Of a stretch of DNA of 64,000 nt, positions 12,587-25,132 are shown piece after piece. The stretch is from NCBI GenBank assembly GCA_030390025.1, contig CM059431.1:125304001-125368000 (forward strand), in the 5' to 3' direction. The position numbers and the translations under genes are program-made. The notes under the pieces are model-generated. The model searched no databases, was not told where the DNA came from, and saw only the letters and a list, made by a program, of their open reading frames with translations. Source of the DNA: Squalus acanthias. Taxonomy: Eukaryota. Each line of letters opens with the position of its first letter. The stretch's first letter is position 1.

Positions 12587-13147
12587 TGTTGGTGAAAAAT
12601 TAATTCACTCGAGTCTGTCTTAAAGCAAAAGATCACAGTTTATTATTCAGAGTGCTCCGGCAGAATTCAGAGCGCTCTGGGAGAAGGATCATAGCCCATG
12701 GTCTCATGACCAGCTTCTCAATTTAACAATGGCAGCCACGCTTCTTTATACACCTCAAGAAGCCAGAAAATACAAACCTCAGCACAGTCATTACATCATA
12801 AGCGACTCTTATGGTCTCTAAAAACAACTCGATTAGAATTTACACTGTTAGCGAAACTTATTATTTTACTTCTGCTTTTGTCAGCCATCTGTGCTGCAAG
12901 GTTTCATTCTTACACCTATTCGAGATTAGTTTATAGAAAAACAATGATTCACATTTTTGTTCTGCAGTGTCTGCATTATCTATACTGCAGCCGAAGCAAG
13001 TTGGTCTTTTATCTAATTATACCCCTGTCTCCATGCCTTCAGGAGATACTTTGACCTTTACTATAGTCCTTTAAGCAGTTCAACTAATCTTAAACATTAC
13101 AACTGATTTGCATTACATTATTACAATTAATTTTTTTAACTCTTACA
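12587..13147 (-). mobile_element. Solo LTR, 561 bp, ERV-like
   Basis: TG...CA termini; TSD GGGC at 12583-12586 and 13148-13151; on the - strand TATAAA (12750-12745) lies about 100 bp before AATAAA (12644-12639). Confidence 0.85.
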
Positions 13148-14427
13148 GGGCATAATAGCAGCTACAGCCAGTGTGGCTCATTGGCCTGCTGATCTCCCCA
13201 TAATGCCTTCTTTCATCTTGCCCCACTTCAAACATCAAATTCTGTATTTGATGCACACTTAAACTCATCGCTGTCATTAACTTTACCTTTAGTTGTCCAT
13301 CACCATGGATTTCTGCAACTTGCACTTGTGGCTCCCTGAGCTTCCATTAAAGTTCGTATTTTACTCCAGATCCCAGGACCTAGAGAGATGGTCAGGCCTG
13401 TGGGAAGATACATAATGAGTAAGCTTAGTGTTCTTTTTCCAGAATTATGTAATTTTTATTTACTTATTTTTTTTACATGTATGTAGCTGTGTATGTGCAA
13501 AAACAACATAGCCAATTTAAAGATTGGAAGAAAATTATTTGAGCATTTCCTTTGCTCAATTTTGAGATACTTGCTGATTCCTGGTAACTTTGGAATAAAA
13601 ATTAATAATTTGGTTGATTTGGCAGTAGCTGCTGATTATTTGTCAGCTTTACCTAATTAATGGGATTGGTTTTTGATTGGTTTGCATTTACTCAATGGGA
13701 TATTTGAGCCAATCAGCATAGTTAACAGATATAGGTTATTTGAACTCAATCAAATTTTTTTGCTCGAGCAATATGTCGCTTTTGAGCTACGACAGCTATT
13801 GAGCTCTGATCTATTTGGGGTAAGATACATTTGAGAGTCCAGACATGTGTAACATCTAAGACTTTGGGGGAAAAATTCGGTTGATTAGAGCCTCCCGTTG
13901 GTGCCCTAAGAGGGCGGTAACGGGGCGCAAAGCAACTAGCGCCCGGGCGTGGTGATGTTTGCGCCGCTCGCGAAATTGACCAGACATTTTGCGGCGCCGC
14001 TAAACACTAACGCCACGATCTCCTGCGCCCGCAGATCGTGATGTCAGTCGAGCGTGCAACGCCCCAGCAGCACCCCGGACCAGATATTGAGTGGTGCCCC
14101 CTGCCTTTCCGCCTGCCGCTAGCAACGACAGGTAGAGGGGAACGTTTTGCAGTCGGGAAGGGGCTGGTGGAGCGCTACTTAAAGGCGGCCGCTTCCTGCC
14201 TTTTTTTGTCGGTGACATTTTTGCACCACACATTCTGAGAGAGAGAGAGAGACTTCTGGAGAGATTCAACACTGTGTGAAGGAGTTTTGGGTACTGAGCA
14301 ACACTTTGAAGGTTCATTTTGATTTGCCCTTCCTTGTATCGATTTAGAAGAGACTCTGGGGGCTGCACTGATTCGGGGCGTCGTCCTGCGCCTGCAGAAT
14401 CGGAGGCATCAGAGACGCAGAGAGAGA

Positions 14428-15435
14428 GTGGCAAACATGGCCAGAGGGAGGAGGGCCAACAGGCCTCTGCACAGGAGACGTAACCCTCCCAGGGTATTCT
14501 GGGAACAATTCTCCTACATTAATTTGTCTGAGGAGCAGTGTTTACGCAGGCTGCGCTTCAGCAAGGAGGTGGTCACTGAGCTCTGCCACCTGCTGCAACC
14601 AGATCTGCAGCCTCAACTGAGGTCCAGGACGTCTCTGTTGGTGGCAGTGAAGGTGACAGTGGCTCTGAATTTTTATGCCAGCAGCTCCTTTCAAGCATCT
14701 ACTGGGGACATTGCCAATATCTCCCAGTTCGCTGTCCATTGTTGTATCCGGGAGGTGACAAATGCTCTCTATAAAAGGAGACGCCAGTACATCTCTTTCC
14801 CCATGACCCGGGCCAAACAGCATGAACATGCATGTGGCTTTGCTAGGATAGCGGGCTTCCCCATGGTGCAGGGCGCCATTGACTGCACACATGTGGCATT
14901 GTGGGCACCGCATGAAAATACAGAGGTATTCCGAAACCGCAAGGGGTACCATTCCTTAAACATGCAGTTGGTCTGTGACCACAGACAGCTCATACTCGCT
15001 GTCAATGCCCGCTATACTGGCAGCAGCCACAATGCTTTCATCCTGTGCCAGACTGGTGTGCCAGACCTTTTCCAGGCACTGCATCACCCAAGTGGATGGC
15101 TCCTCGGGGACAAGGGTTATCCACTCTGCACCTGGCTGATGACACTGCTCTGTAACCCCAACACCCCTGCCGAGCTGCGGCATAATGAAAGCCATATCGC
15201 CACCAAAAACATAATTGACCAGACGATCGGCGTGCTCAAGCAACGGTTCCGCTGTCTGGACCACTCAGGAGGAGCCCTGCAGTACTCTCCTGAGCGAGTC
15301 TCCCTCTTCATAGTTGGGTGCTGCATGCTTCATAACTTGGCAATCCTGAGGACCCAGCCAATGCCACCAGGAATTGGTGCATCACCTGAGGAGGAGGAGG
15401 AAGAGGAGGAGGAGGATGAGGAGGCTGATCAGTAG
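14428..15435 (+). pseudogene. Harbinger DDE transposase (HARBI1-like family), copy A, probably inactive
   Basis: GAIDCTH, LLGDKGY; NIIDQTIG where copy B has the catalytic E; stop codon about 27 codons earlier than in copy B. Confidence 0.9.
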
Positions 15436-15786
15436 CAGCACCAACGTGCAAGGGAGGCCCACAATGTTGCCACTGCCAGGGCCATCCGTCAATGGCTGGT
15501 AACAAGCCGCTTCTAGGCCCCTACTCAGAAGAAGTCTTCTGGCATGGAGAACAACATCATGAAAAGCAACCCGCACCCCCTATTGCCGGCCAAAGCTGGA
15601 ATGATTCCAAAGGCCAAAAATGTAAATTTAGAATACAGCAACTTTTTTCTTTAACAAACTCTGTGTGTGTCATTTATTCAGGACAAACAATTAGAAACAA
15701 ACACAACAAATCATGAATAGCCAAAACAGTAAACAAATGTAATCACACGAACCTCGACCTTTACGACAAACATTCCCACCATTTAT

Positions 15787-17620
15787 TTAGACCTCCAACT
15801 GTTTGCCCTTCGAGGGTGATCTCCTTCCCTTACGCACTTCCCCCCTTCCCACCCTACTGCTCCTCCGTAATGGGGCTCCAGTGGCTGCAGCAAGGCTGGT
15901 GGAAGGCTGCTGATTTTCAGATGCTGAGACTACAGATGCCCTTGAAGGACGCCCTTGACCAGCTCTGGGCCTGGAGGCCCCGGCTGCAGACTGCACCAAC
16001 TCTGCATGGGCGGCAGCAGTCTGGGCTGGCTGTGTTGCAGGCGGTGGCAAGTGCAATGGGGAAGTGACAGTGGTGGGAGCAGGAATGCTGTCACCCTGAG
16101 AGAGGACAGCACCTTCCTGCTTGACCGACACACTGGCACTCCCACGGGGCAGTACCTCAGCATCCGGAGCAATCTGCTCGAGCACAGATTGGTGGCCTGC
16201 TGCGGCACCGTAAGAGCCCCGGGACAATGTGGCCGACCCAGCGACAATGGCAGCAGTCAGTGCTTGCGTTACATCAATCTGAGACTGCATGCGAGCAGTC
16301 TGAGAGTGGTTGGCAGCAGCCAGTGACTGAATTGCAGCACTAAGCCATTGTGTTGCGTCGGCCTGTGCTGCAGCGGAGTGCTCCACACTCCTTGCCAGTC
16401 CAGCAATGCTTTCGGGCACCCTTCCCATTGCACCCATGAGCTCAGTGTGCATGCTCAAGGCTTGGCTATTCATTTCCACGATGACGCACTCTTCCTCTGC
16501 GTCCAGTGCAGCTGGACTCACTTGCCTACTCTCCCTCCGGGGAGATGGCCTCCAAGCTTCCCTACCCCCATCGCGTTGCTGCAGCCCGCTGGGTCTCGGA
16601 GTTTCGTCCTCATCAGACCCTTCCCCCTCCTCCCCTCCAGGGAAGGTGTAGTCCCAGTGTGGGCATGGGCTCCCTCGGGAGACGCAGGCGGTGAGGCTCC
16701 GGCTTCCGCTTCCTCCTCGCCTGGGGCATCGCTGCCACTGCTTGGTTGAGGGACAGGCTGGTCAGCTGGTGGTTCACTATCTGAAAGCAGGAAGGTACAA
16801 GAGTGGCTTTAGCGTCAGGACAGGGGGGCAGTAAGGGAGCACGGACTGGAGACATTTAGTAAGTTGGATTGAAAGTGTAAAAGGCTGGTGTTGTGGGGGG
16901 CAAGTGGAATGAGAGAGGAGAGAAAGCTGATGAACATACCATTGCTGTCCCAAGGGGGTTAACCTCTCCAGCGGCCACGGCACCTATCACCTGGCTGGCA
17001 ACGATCCTGTGGACGCGCGCCTCCAAATCGCTGAAGGTCTGCAGCTCAGCCGGCCCTCCACCCGTCCGTTGCTGCTGGCGCCTGTTATGTGATAGCTTGG
17101 CCTGCAAGAAAAAGGACGGCGTCTGAGTGAATGTGCAGCCATGGTCTTGCCTGATGTGCCTCCCATAGTTGAATAGCCCTTAATGTATGCAGCCATGTGC
17201 TTGCCTGATGTGCCTCCAAATGTTGAATAGCCCTTCATGTATGCAAGGTGTGGAATGTGCGTGTGTGTTTTATGAGATGGCCATAGGTCTTGGATGAGTG
17301 TTGGGCATTTGGGGTTTTCAAACCCTCTGGGCACAGAGTGAAGTTGAGATGGAGGGATGTAGAGGTATTGAAAAGCAGCCACTCACCTTGACCACCCTAG
17401 TGAGGTCGTTGAACTTCTTCCGACATTGGGTGTGGGTCCTGGGCACCAGGCTCCTGGAGGAGACGTGCTGAGTCACCTCACTCCAGACTCTTCTGTATTC
17501 GCGTGGCAATGGCCTCCTGCCACTCTGGTAGAGTATTGCCCTTCGCCGCTCCACAGCACCAACCAGAGCCACCAAGGCCCGGTCGCTGAAGCACTGAGCT
17601 CTTTCTCTGGGCCTCTCCAT
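15787..17620 (-). pseudogene. Harbinger Myb/SANT-like DNA-binding protein gene, 3 exons (17620-17387, 17101-16940, 16780-15787), frameshifted
   Basis: Exon 1 MERPRERAQCFSDRAL...VWSEV...RTHTQCRKKFNDL (trihelix/Myb); GT-AG sites gtgagt, ttgcag, gtatgt, tttcag conserved in copies B and C. Confidence 0.88.
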
Positions 17621-18004
17621 TGTTGGTTCCAGCAGAATTGATGTACAGGTGTGTCCAGGCCGATATTCAAGGCTGCAATGAGCAGGGTGTAGCTGGAGAG
17701 CAAGATCGACCCTCCCCTTTAAGAACTGGCCGGCGCCAGTCTGTCTGTGTTCCATCGCTAACTGACATCACCTGATCTTCGCCCGCGCTCAGAGTTAGCG
17801 CCTCGCTCCTCGGCGTTAGCGCCTTAAGCCTGATTTAGCACTCAAATCACCTCCAGGGCCGATAGAGGCCAAGTTTGCAGTCAGAGTCGATAAATAGCGC
17901 CAGGCGCTAAACTTTGCGCCCGGCCGATAATTGCGCCCCAAACGGGGCAATACCGAATTTCTCACCCTAATGATTGACTTTGTTATAATTATAGTCACTA
18001 ATAA

Positions 18005-18272
18005 ATCCTTTAGGGAATTCAGGACAAACCTATTTACTCCGAGTGGTTAGAATGTGGAACTTGCTACCACATGGAGTAGTTGAGGCAAATACCATAGATG
18101 CATTTAAGGGGAAGCGAGATAAGTGCACGAGGAAGAAAAGAATAGAAGGTATTGCTGATAGGGTTGAAGTAGGATGGGAGGAGGCTCGTCTGGAGCATAA
18201 GCAACGGTACAGACCAGTTGGGCCGAATGGCCTGTTTCTGTGCTGTACATTCTATATAATTCTATTCTATGT
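18005..18272 (+). mobile_element. CR1 3' end fragment
   Basis: VVRMWNLLP...AFK motif; gggccgaatggcct stem-loop region; (TTCTA)-type tail. Confidence 0.75.
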
Positions 18273-18299
18273 CATTTTTCATGAGAGTGATCTGTAATA

Positions 18300-19100
18300 T
18301 TTCAGAAAACAAAATAATAGTGATGAACATTAAAATAGTAGATGAAGGTTTCATCTTAGTAAATATGTACATCACATACAGAATAGAAACAATTTTTGGC
18401 CCATTTTGCCTCTGCTGTGTCTCAGTTATCCAGTAAACTACAAATTAGAGGCAGAGATTTTAATAATATAACCGGACCAATTTTAGATAGCTTGGCAAAT
18501 AGTTCGCACACATAAAAGGCCTTTTGAACTTTTAGATGGATTTCTTAAGAAGATTCATCATAAAAATATCTGGAGAACAGTAACCTAAATGGATAGGTTT
18601 ATATTTATCGCTCTCAGGGGCGTGATTCATTCCAGAATGGATTTTTCTTTGGTCTCTGGGAACTTCAGCAACATAACAATGAGTTCCCAGACAGGGAACA
18701 TGACTATTTTGAGATCATGTTCCAATTTCTACAGCAGGATTGTATAGAAAAAAAGAACAGAGGTTCTATACATTATGTTGAATTTTAGATAAAAAGGATC
18801 TTTTATGAATAATGAGACAAATTAGATGCAACTATATTATTATTATAGTAATTTCATGGCTAGCAACATAGCAGGCAACAAAAGCAAAAAGAAGGTCCAT
18901 GACATGGACAAATAGTTGGACGAACAGGAGAAGAAATATAACATTCATAGACACTAAATCATTGGAAATTTTGCTGAAAGCTGAATGCAGTTAAATATGC
19001 ATTCACAGGGAAAGCTGAATTCTAAATATAAAGAATACAGCATTACTTTGATAACAAAGAAAAGGCAGGATATTTAGTTTATTAACTATAGATGCAGACA
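18300..19100 (+). mobile_element. Highly degraded L1/Tx1-type ORF2 endonuclease relic
   Basis: Ordered motifs FILVNMY (about 18349), RDFNI (about 18454), IWR (about 18568), HSRMDF (about 18628), DH (about 18714). Confidence 0.55.
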
Positions 19101-19354
19101 CAGTTTCATTTTTACTAGCTATTGTATGGAAATAAATTATGTCTGATCTTCAAAAGATACGAAAAGAACTAAAAGAAGTTTAGAATATATATTTTACAGA
19201 ACAAGATCCAACAAAAGACTCTTGTCCTTGGCAAACACTCAGGCGAAAGTATTAGAAACCCAGAATAAGAATGTCTCTTGTTGCTATGTCTGTTATTTGT
19301 AAGGACTTTGGTCTTTCTAGTGAAGTGGTAAAAAAATTCCAAAAGAAAAGGATA

Positions 19355-20215
19355 TAAGAACATAACATAAGAACATATGAAATAGGAGCAGGAGTCAGCC
19401 ATTTGACCCTTCGAGCCTGCGCCGCCATTCATCAATATCAGGGCTAATCTTCTACCTCAACTCCACCTTCCCGCACTATCCCCGTATCCCTTAATTCCCT
19501 TCGTTCCCAAAAATTTATCGACCTCTATCTTGAATATAATCAATGACCGAGATCCACAGCTCTCCGGTGTATAGAATTCCAAAGATTCACAGCCCTTTGA
19601 GTGAAGAGATTTCTCCTCCTCTCAGTTCTAAATGGCCAGCCCCTTATTCTGTGACTGTGATCTTGTGTTCTAGATTCCCAGCCAGGGGAAACATTTTCTC
19701 TGCATTAACCCTGTCAAGCCCCTTAAGAATTTTATGTTTCAATTAGATCACCTCTCATTCTTCTAAACTCTAAGGAATATAGGCCTAGTCTACTCAATCT
19801 CTCCTCATAGGGCAATCCCCTCATCCCAGGAACCAGTCTAGTGAACCTTCGTTGCACTCCCTCTAAGGCAAGTATGTCTTTCCTTAGGTAAGGATACCAG
19901 AACTGTACACAATACTCCAGGTGTGGCCTCACCAATGTCCTGTATAATTGTAGTAAGACTTCTTTACTCTTATACTCTAATCATTTGTAACAAAAGCTAA
20001 CATACCATTTGCTTTCCTAATTGCTTGCTGTACCTGCATGTTAACTTTCTGTGATTCATGTACAAGGACACCCAGGTCCCTCTGAGTGCAAACATTTCTC
20101 AGTCTCTCACCATTCAAAAAATATTCTTCTTTTTTGTTTTTCCTACCAAAGTGGATAACTTCACAGTTCCCCACATTGTAATCCATTTGCCATGTTCTTG
20201 CCCACTCAATCAACC
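19355..20215 (-). mobile_element. CR1 LINE 3' fragment
   Basis: ORFs 19977-20234 and 19732-19935 ([22 protein letters not shown]); taagaaca tail repeats. Confidence 0.93.
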
Positions 20216-20769
20216 TGAGTGGGCAAGCACACACACACCTGAAATTTCTGCAGATTTTCTGACAAAAGATTGGCAGAACTCCCAGACAAATGGCATAAAC
20301 AGCTTAAAATACACATGTGAGCAAGTTCTCCAGGGTTTCTGTGATCTTATAACAAAGTTATGGTGGGAGATCAGGAGGACCCAGCCGACATTTGAGGCCG
20401 TGGTGACCAGATAAATACTTTACTCATTGTTGCCTAAAGAATTAATAGTACAAAAGTAAAACATTCCTCAGGTAACTTACTAGGCCTTGAAGGGTTGACT
20501 ATAGATTTTACAGAACAGCATGTAATCAGTGCTCTACTGTATTACTTGAAGGATTCAATGGAAATAGGAATTCTATTCTTTTTAGTTTGGCTCTTTTCAC
20601 AGTAATGATAATCAGAGAGAAAATATGTCTTCCAAATTCAATTATAACAAAAACATTCTTAGTGCTTTTTCTTCAATTTAGATTATTGTTGCTTAGAAGT
20701 TTGAAAGAAAATTTTTGGTTTTCATTTTTCCTTCTCACCAATTTTCTTCATCATATCCTGAAGGCAGAG

Positions 20770-21112
20770 CTTCCTTACTAGGATACGGTTTCCTCAACAA
20801 TTGTCAATCTCCAGTACCTCGCCCAAGTGGCCATTATTCAATTGTGAACTTAGACAATGAATATTGTTAGGTTATTTGAAGGTAGAGGTTTTACAATTAA
20901 GCCCAATTTTGTCCTCATCCACTATCCACTTAAGCTCATTTCTACTTTCAGCAGAAACAAAGGTGCTAAGAACAATGACAGTATCCTTACTACCACCCCA
21001 ATGAAATCAACTAACTCAGCCAACATAAACTTGGGATCAGATCTGGGAACCTTGCTGGTCTGTTAGACTAACTCTTCACTGGCCAGACTTGCTGAGCCAT
21101 CAGAGGAGCTCT
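20770..21112 (-). mobile_element. Old SINE-like repeat; related copies at about 46271-46510 (+) and 51825-52029 plus 53834-53945 (+)
   Basis: Shared head gctcctctgatggctcag (21096-21112 reverse; 46274); shared body motifs gttatccagtga, ccacttgg. Confidence 0.5.
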
Positions 21113-22399
21113 TCATTTTCTTAATAAGAGCTGTTATTATATTGTTTGAGAAGCAAGCAGAAAGATCTGTATCTGTATAAAGAGACAAATCATTTGGAGT
21201 TCCTTTGCATTCCACTGAAGGCTAATCTTTTTCTGAAATAATTTTCTTCATTAGGCTTGATACTGATGCACTTTGTAAACAACTTAATAAAAAACAATAA
21301 TGTACACTTGATAATAATATAACAGCTGTAATCTGGCCTATAGATTCAGAATATTATAAACATGAGCAATGCATGAGTCGTTTCTAAGTGTCATTTGAAC
21401 CCTGGGATTAGATTATTGTCCTGAAATTACTCCAGGGTCTCTGTAATTTCTTTATTGCATACATACTGTAAATTTTATGGGACAGTTTTATCCAAGTCTT
21501 GAGCTTATTTTTATACTGCTAGCAGATGTTTATTTAGATTTTGAAGGCTAGTATCCTCTATATCAATGTGTGATAGTATTTAAGTGGAAGGATTAATGAT
21601 TGTGTCATTGTTGGTTAAGCAAACATTATTGAGAAATAAATTGCAATTGAACAACAGGAAAATTTGTGACAGTTTATATCGTAAAGAAATGGAATCTTGT
21701 GGGAATAGAATAAAGGGATTCTTTTAAGATGTATTGTTTCCTCTAGCATTCCTCTTTTATCCTTAACAGTTCAGTCGCTTTGACATTATTTTTTATGCTG
21801 ACGCAAATGGCTGGAAAGCAAGGGTTTTCTTCTCAAGTAACAGGGTTTTGGTCTGTCCCTGGTGACTGTTGATAACACTGTCAAATGAAACCTGTAACAT
21901 GTTCATTTTTAATGGCTTCCACCTTTAATACTGATTTACTGCATCAAAGTGAAGTATTGCAGTTTGTCACATGTAATGGTAGAAGTCTCCAATCCTTTTA
22001 CAATGCCTCCATTATTTGGATCTTGTACACAAAGATAAATCCAACGACTTTGATTTTCTGTTTATTTTTCTTGTGGAAATGAATGAGATTATAAGTGCAT
22101 AATTCAGACTTGGTGCCCTACAGACTGCTGCAGCGCCAGAATAGAAATATTGGCCCAGATATTCCAATCCCTACGGTGGGTACGTGCTGTGTACCCACCC
22201 GTAGGGACATCGGAAATGCCGGTTTCAGGCATGCACAGCGCATGCGCTGAAAACCGGCATTTCCGATCTGTCAAGAATGCTCTTGACAGATCCTCCGGCT
22301 GCCCTGGAGAAGGGCCTCTGCGGGCGGAGAGTTCCGCTTTTTGGAGACCTTCCGCCCGCAGAAAACCCTTGCAATTCTTACGCCTGGTAAAAGCAGGCG

Positions 22400-23988
22400 T
22401 AAGAACATAAGAACATAAGAACATAAGAAATAGGAGCAGGAGTAGGCCAATCGGCCCCTCGAGCCTGCTCCGCCATTCAATAAGATCATGGCTGATCTGA
22501 TCCTAACCGCCAATCTACTATCTATCACAGAACCATCTCCTGCATCTAACAGAATTGCACACACGAAATAGGAGCAGAATCAGGCTTCACAGTCCCTGGG
22601 CCCGCTCCACTACCCACAGGGCCATGACCGATCCGAACCTAGACTCATGTCCAAATTCCTGCCCGCTCCCCGTAACCCTTAATGCCCTTTACTTCTAGGA
22701 AACTGTCTATTTCTGTTTTAAATTTAATTAATGTTGTAGCTTCTACAGCTTTTTGTGGCAGCATATTCCATGGACCTACCACCCTCTGAGTGAAGTAGTT
22801 CCTCCTCATCTCAGTTTTGAAAGAGCAGCCCCTTATTCTAAGACTATGTCCCCTAGTTCTCGTCTCACCCGTCATCGGGAACATCCTCCCCGCATCCACC
22901 CGATCCAACCCCTTCACAATCTTATATGTTTCAATAAGATCGCCTCTCATTCTTCTGAACTCCAATGAGTAGAGTCCCAATCTACCCAACCTCTCCTCAT
23001 ATGACCACCCCCTCATCCCCGGGATTAACCGAGTGAACCTTTTTTGCACTGCCTCGAGAGCAAGGATGTCTTTCCTTAAGTAAGGACACCAAAACTGTAT
23101 GCAGTATTCCAGGTGCGGTCTCACCAATACCTTGTACAACTGAAGCAATACCTCCCTATTTTTATATTCTATCCCCCTAGCAATGAAAGCCAACATTCCA
23201 TTTGCCTTCTTAATCACTTGCTGCACCTGCATACTAACCTTTTGAGTTTCGTGCACCAGGACCCCCAGATCCCTTTGCACTTCAGTACTCTCCAGTTTCT
23301 TGCCATTAAGATAATAAATTGCTCTAGGATTTTTCCTGCCAAAGTGCATCACCTCACACTTTCCAGTGTTGTATTCCATCTGCCAAATCTCTGCCCACTT
23401 ACTTAGCCTGTCTATGTCCCCTTGCAGGTTTTTTATGTCCTCCTCACTCACTACTTTCCCTCCCATTTTTGTATCATCTGCAAATTTTGATATGTTACAC
23501 TTGGTCCCTTCCTCCAAATCGTTAATATAGATTGTGAAGAGTTGGGGACCCAGCACTGACCCCTGTGGAACACCACTAGTTACTGATTGCCAGTCTGAGA
23601 ATGAACCATTTATCCCAACTCTTTGCTTTCTGTTAGATAGCCAATCCTCTATCCATGCCAGAATATTACCCCCAATCCCGTGATTTTTTACCTTAAGCAA
23701 TAATCTTTTGTGTGGCACCTTGTCAAATGCCTTTTGGAAGTCTAAATACACTACGTCCACTGGTTCCCCTTTATCCACTCTATATGTTACTTCCTCAAAG
23801 AACTCCAGCAAATTTGTCAAACATGACTTCCCCTTCGTAAAACCATGCTGACTTTGTCCTATTAAATTATGATTATCCAAATGTCCTGTTACTGTTTCCT
23901 TAATAATGGACTCCAAAATTTTACCTACCACAGATGTTAGGCTAACCGGTCTATAGTTACCAGCCTTCTGTCTACTGCCCTTTTTAAA
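22400..23988 (-). mobile_element. Young 5'-truncated CR1 LINE
   Basis: Uninterrupted RT ORF and a perfect (TAAGAACA)n tail at about 22400-22428. Confidence 0.95.
22645..23931 (-). CDS. CR1 ORF2 reverse transcriptase, C-terminal 428 aa (open but 5'-truncated)
   Basis: QHGF, YLDFQKAFD, GVPQGSVLGP, FADD, RDLGV, RPHLEY motifs with no stop. Confidence 0.9.
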   Translation of the reverse strand: MVGKILESIIKETVTGHLDNHNLIGQSQHGFTKGKSCLTNLLEFFEEVTYRVDKGEPVDVVYLDFQKAFDKVPHKRLLLKVKNHGIGGNILAWIEDWLSNRKQRVGINGSFSDWQSVTSGVPQGSVLGPQLFTIYINDLEEGTKCNISKFADDTKMGGKVVSEEDIKNLQGDIDRLSKWAEIWQMEYNTGKCEVMHFGRKNPRAIYYLNGKKLESTEVQRDLGVLVHETQKVSMQVQQVIKKANGMLAFIARGIEYKNREVLLQLYKVLVRPHLEYCIQFWCPYLRKDILALEAVQKRFTRLIPGMRGWSYEERLGRLGLYSLEFRRMRGDLIETYKIVKGLDRVDAGRMFPMTGETRTRGHSLRIRGCSFKTEMRRNYFTQRVVGPWNMLPQKAVEATTLIKFKTEIDSFLEVKGIKGYGERAGIWT

Positions 23989-25132
23989 GGCCTGCTTTTA
24001 CCAGGATAAGAGTTCAAAAAAGTTACAAAAAAAAGTTTTTTCACTGATTTATCATTTAAAAATACTTTCAAAAAAGGTAAGATTATTTTTAGCCCCGTAA
24101 AAAACTTTAATTATTTTTTTCAAATTATTTTTTAATTTATTGTAATTTCAAGTCATTTTAAAAATGTGATTTTTTTTTTTATTTATTTAAAGTTTTACTA
24201 TGTTTTGGAGGTAATCTCCATTCATATATTTGACAGGTCTTCCTGTCAAATGAATGAAGGGAGATTCCCTTCTGGGATTGGCTCCCCATGGCCCACGTGA
24301 TCCCAGGGACGCTGCAAACTACATGCGCCCCTGGGATACGTGGGCCCTGCGCACTTCAAGTTTGGAGAGGCCCAGGAGCGGAAGCGTGTGCGTCCCGGGA
24401 GCCCTCAGGTAAGGGCGTAGATTTTTCCAGATCGCAGGCCTCCGCCCGCGGAAGGCCTGCGATCGGAAAATACGGGCCAACGTCCACCCGAGACAAAATT
24501 TACTGCATCTTGGGAAAACCATGTGTGAAAGATTGCAGACATTTATTGCTCAATCAGAGCATTTAAAAGAAAGGGAAGAAGCAACTAAGTACTTGGATAA
24601 GATAAGATAAAAACAAGTGTTACCTATGAAAGTGTCTACTCATCAATGCTATTATTTAAACTGTCCAAATATGTGTAATGGTCGCTTATGTTGACCCATC
24701 ACTTGTGTTGACAAAATTAGAATGGTCCCCAACATGTTGACATGAGTGGGTAGGACTGAATAAGTTCCTAAGTACAAAGATAAAGAACAGTGTAACAGCT
24801 AATAGAGAAAATAAAGCATGCGCAAGGTTAGCCAATGTTAGGAAGAGATGAAGACAACTGAAGAAGACGAGTATGAAAGATGACTCACTGCAGACGTGAA
24901 CTCAGTATCACAAAGGAAGAGAGCAGTGCCCACGTCACAGCCAGCCTGCTCCCAGGGAATGCGATTTTATGGTTTTATGCTCACTTCACCCAAGGGACAG
25001 CCTTAACACTGGAAGCCTGCCAGTGATACATTGAACATAGCCTTTGAACTTAACCTTGCAAAGTCCATACTGCAATTTCAGATTCTGAACGTAGTGCTGT
25101 TATGCTGTTAAAAAGCAAAACTCAGCTAATAC

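Larger units (their letters stand above)
13866..17967 (+). mobile_element. Full-length two-gene PIF/Harbinger transposon, copy A
   Basis: TIRs GGGGGAAAAATTCGGT / ACCGAATTTCTCACCC (14/16 match); convergent transposase and Myb/SANT genes; colinear with 39405-43562; flanking triplets do not match. Confidence 0.95.
22152..24478. mobile_element. GGCC-terminated MITE related to 9194-9941, opposite orientation, split by a young CR1
   Basis: Termini GGCCCAGATATTCC / GGAAAATACGGGCC; shared hairpin atttgacagg...cctgtcaaat and ccatggcccacgtgatccca motif. Confidence 0.85.

Noticed and set aside
17134..17245. CRISPR-like array
   Set aside because: Direct tandem units without spacers, no cas genes, eukaryotic context
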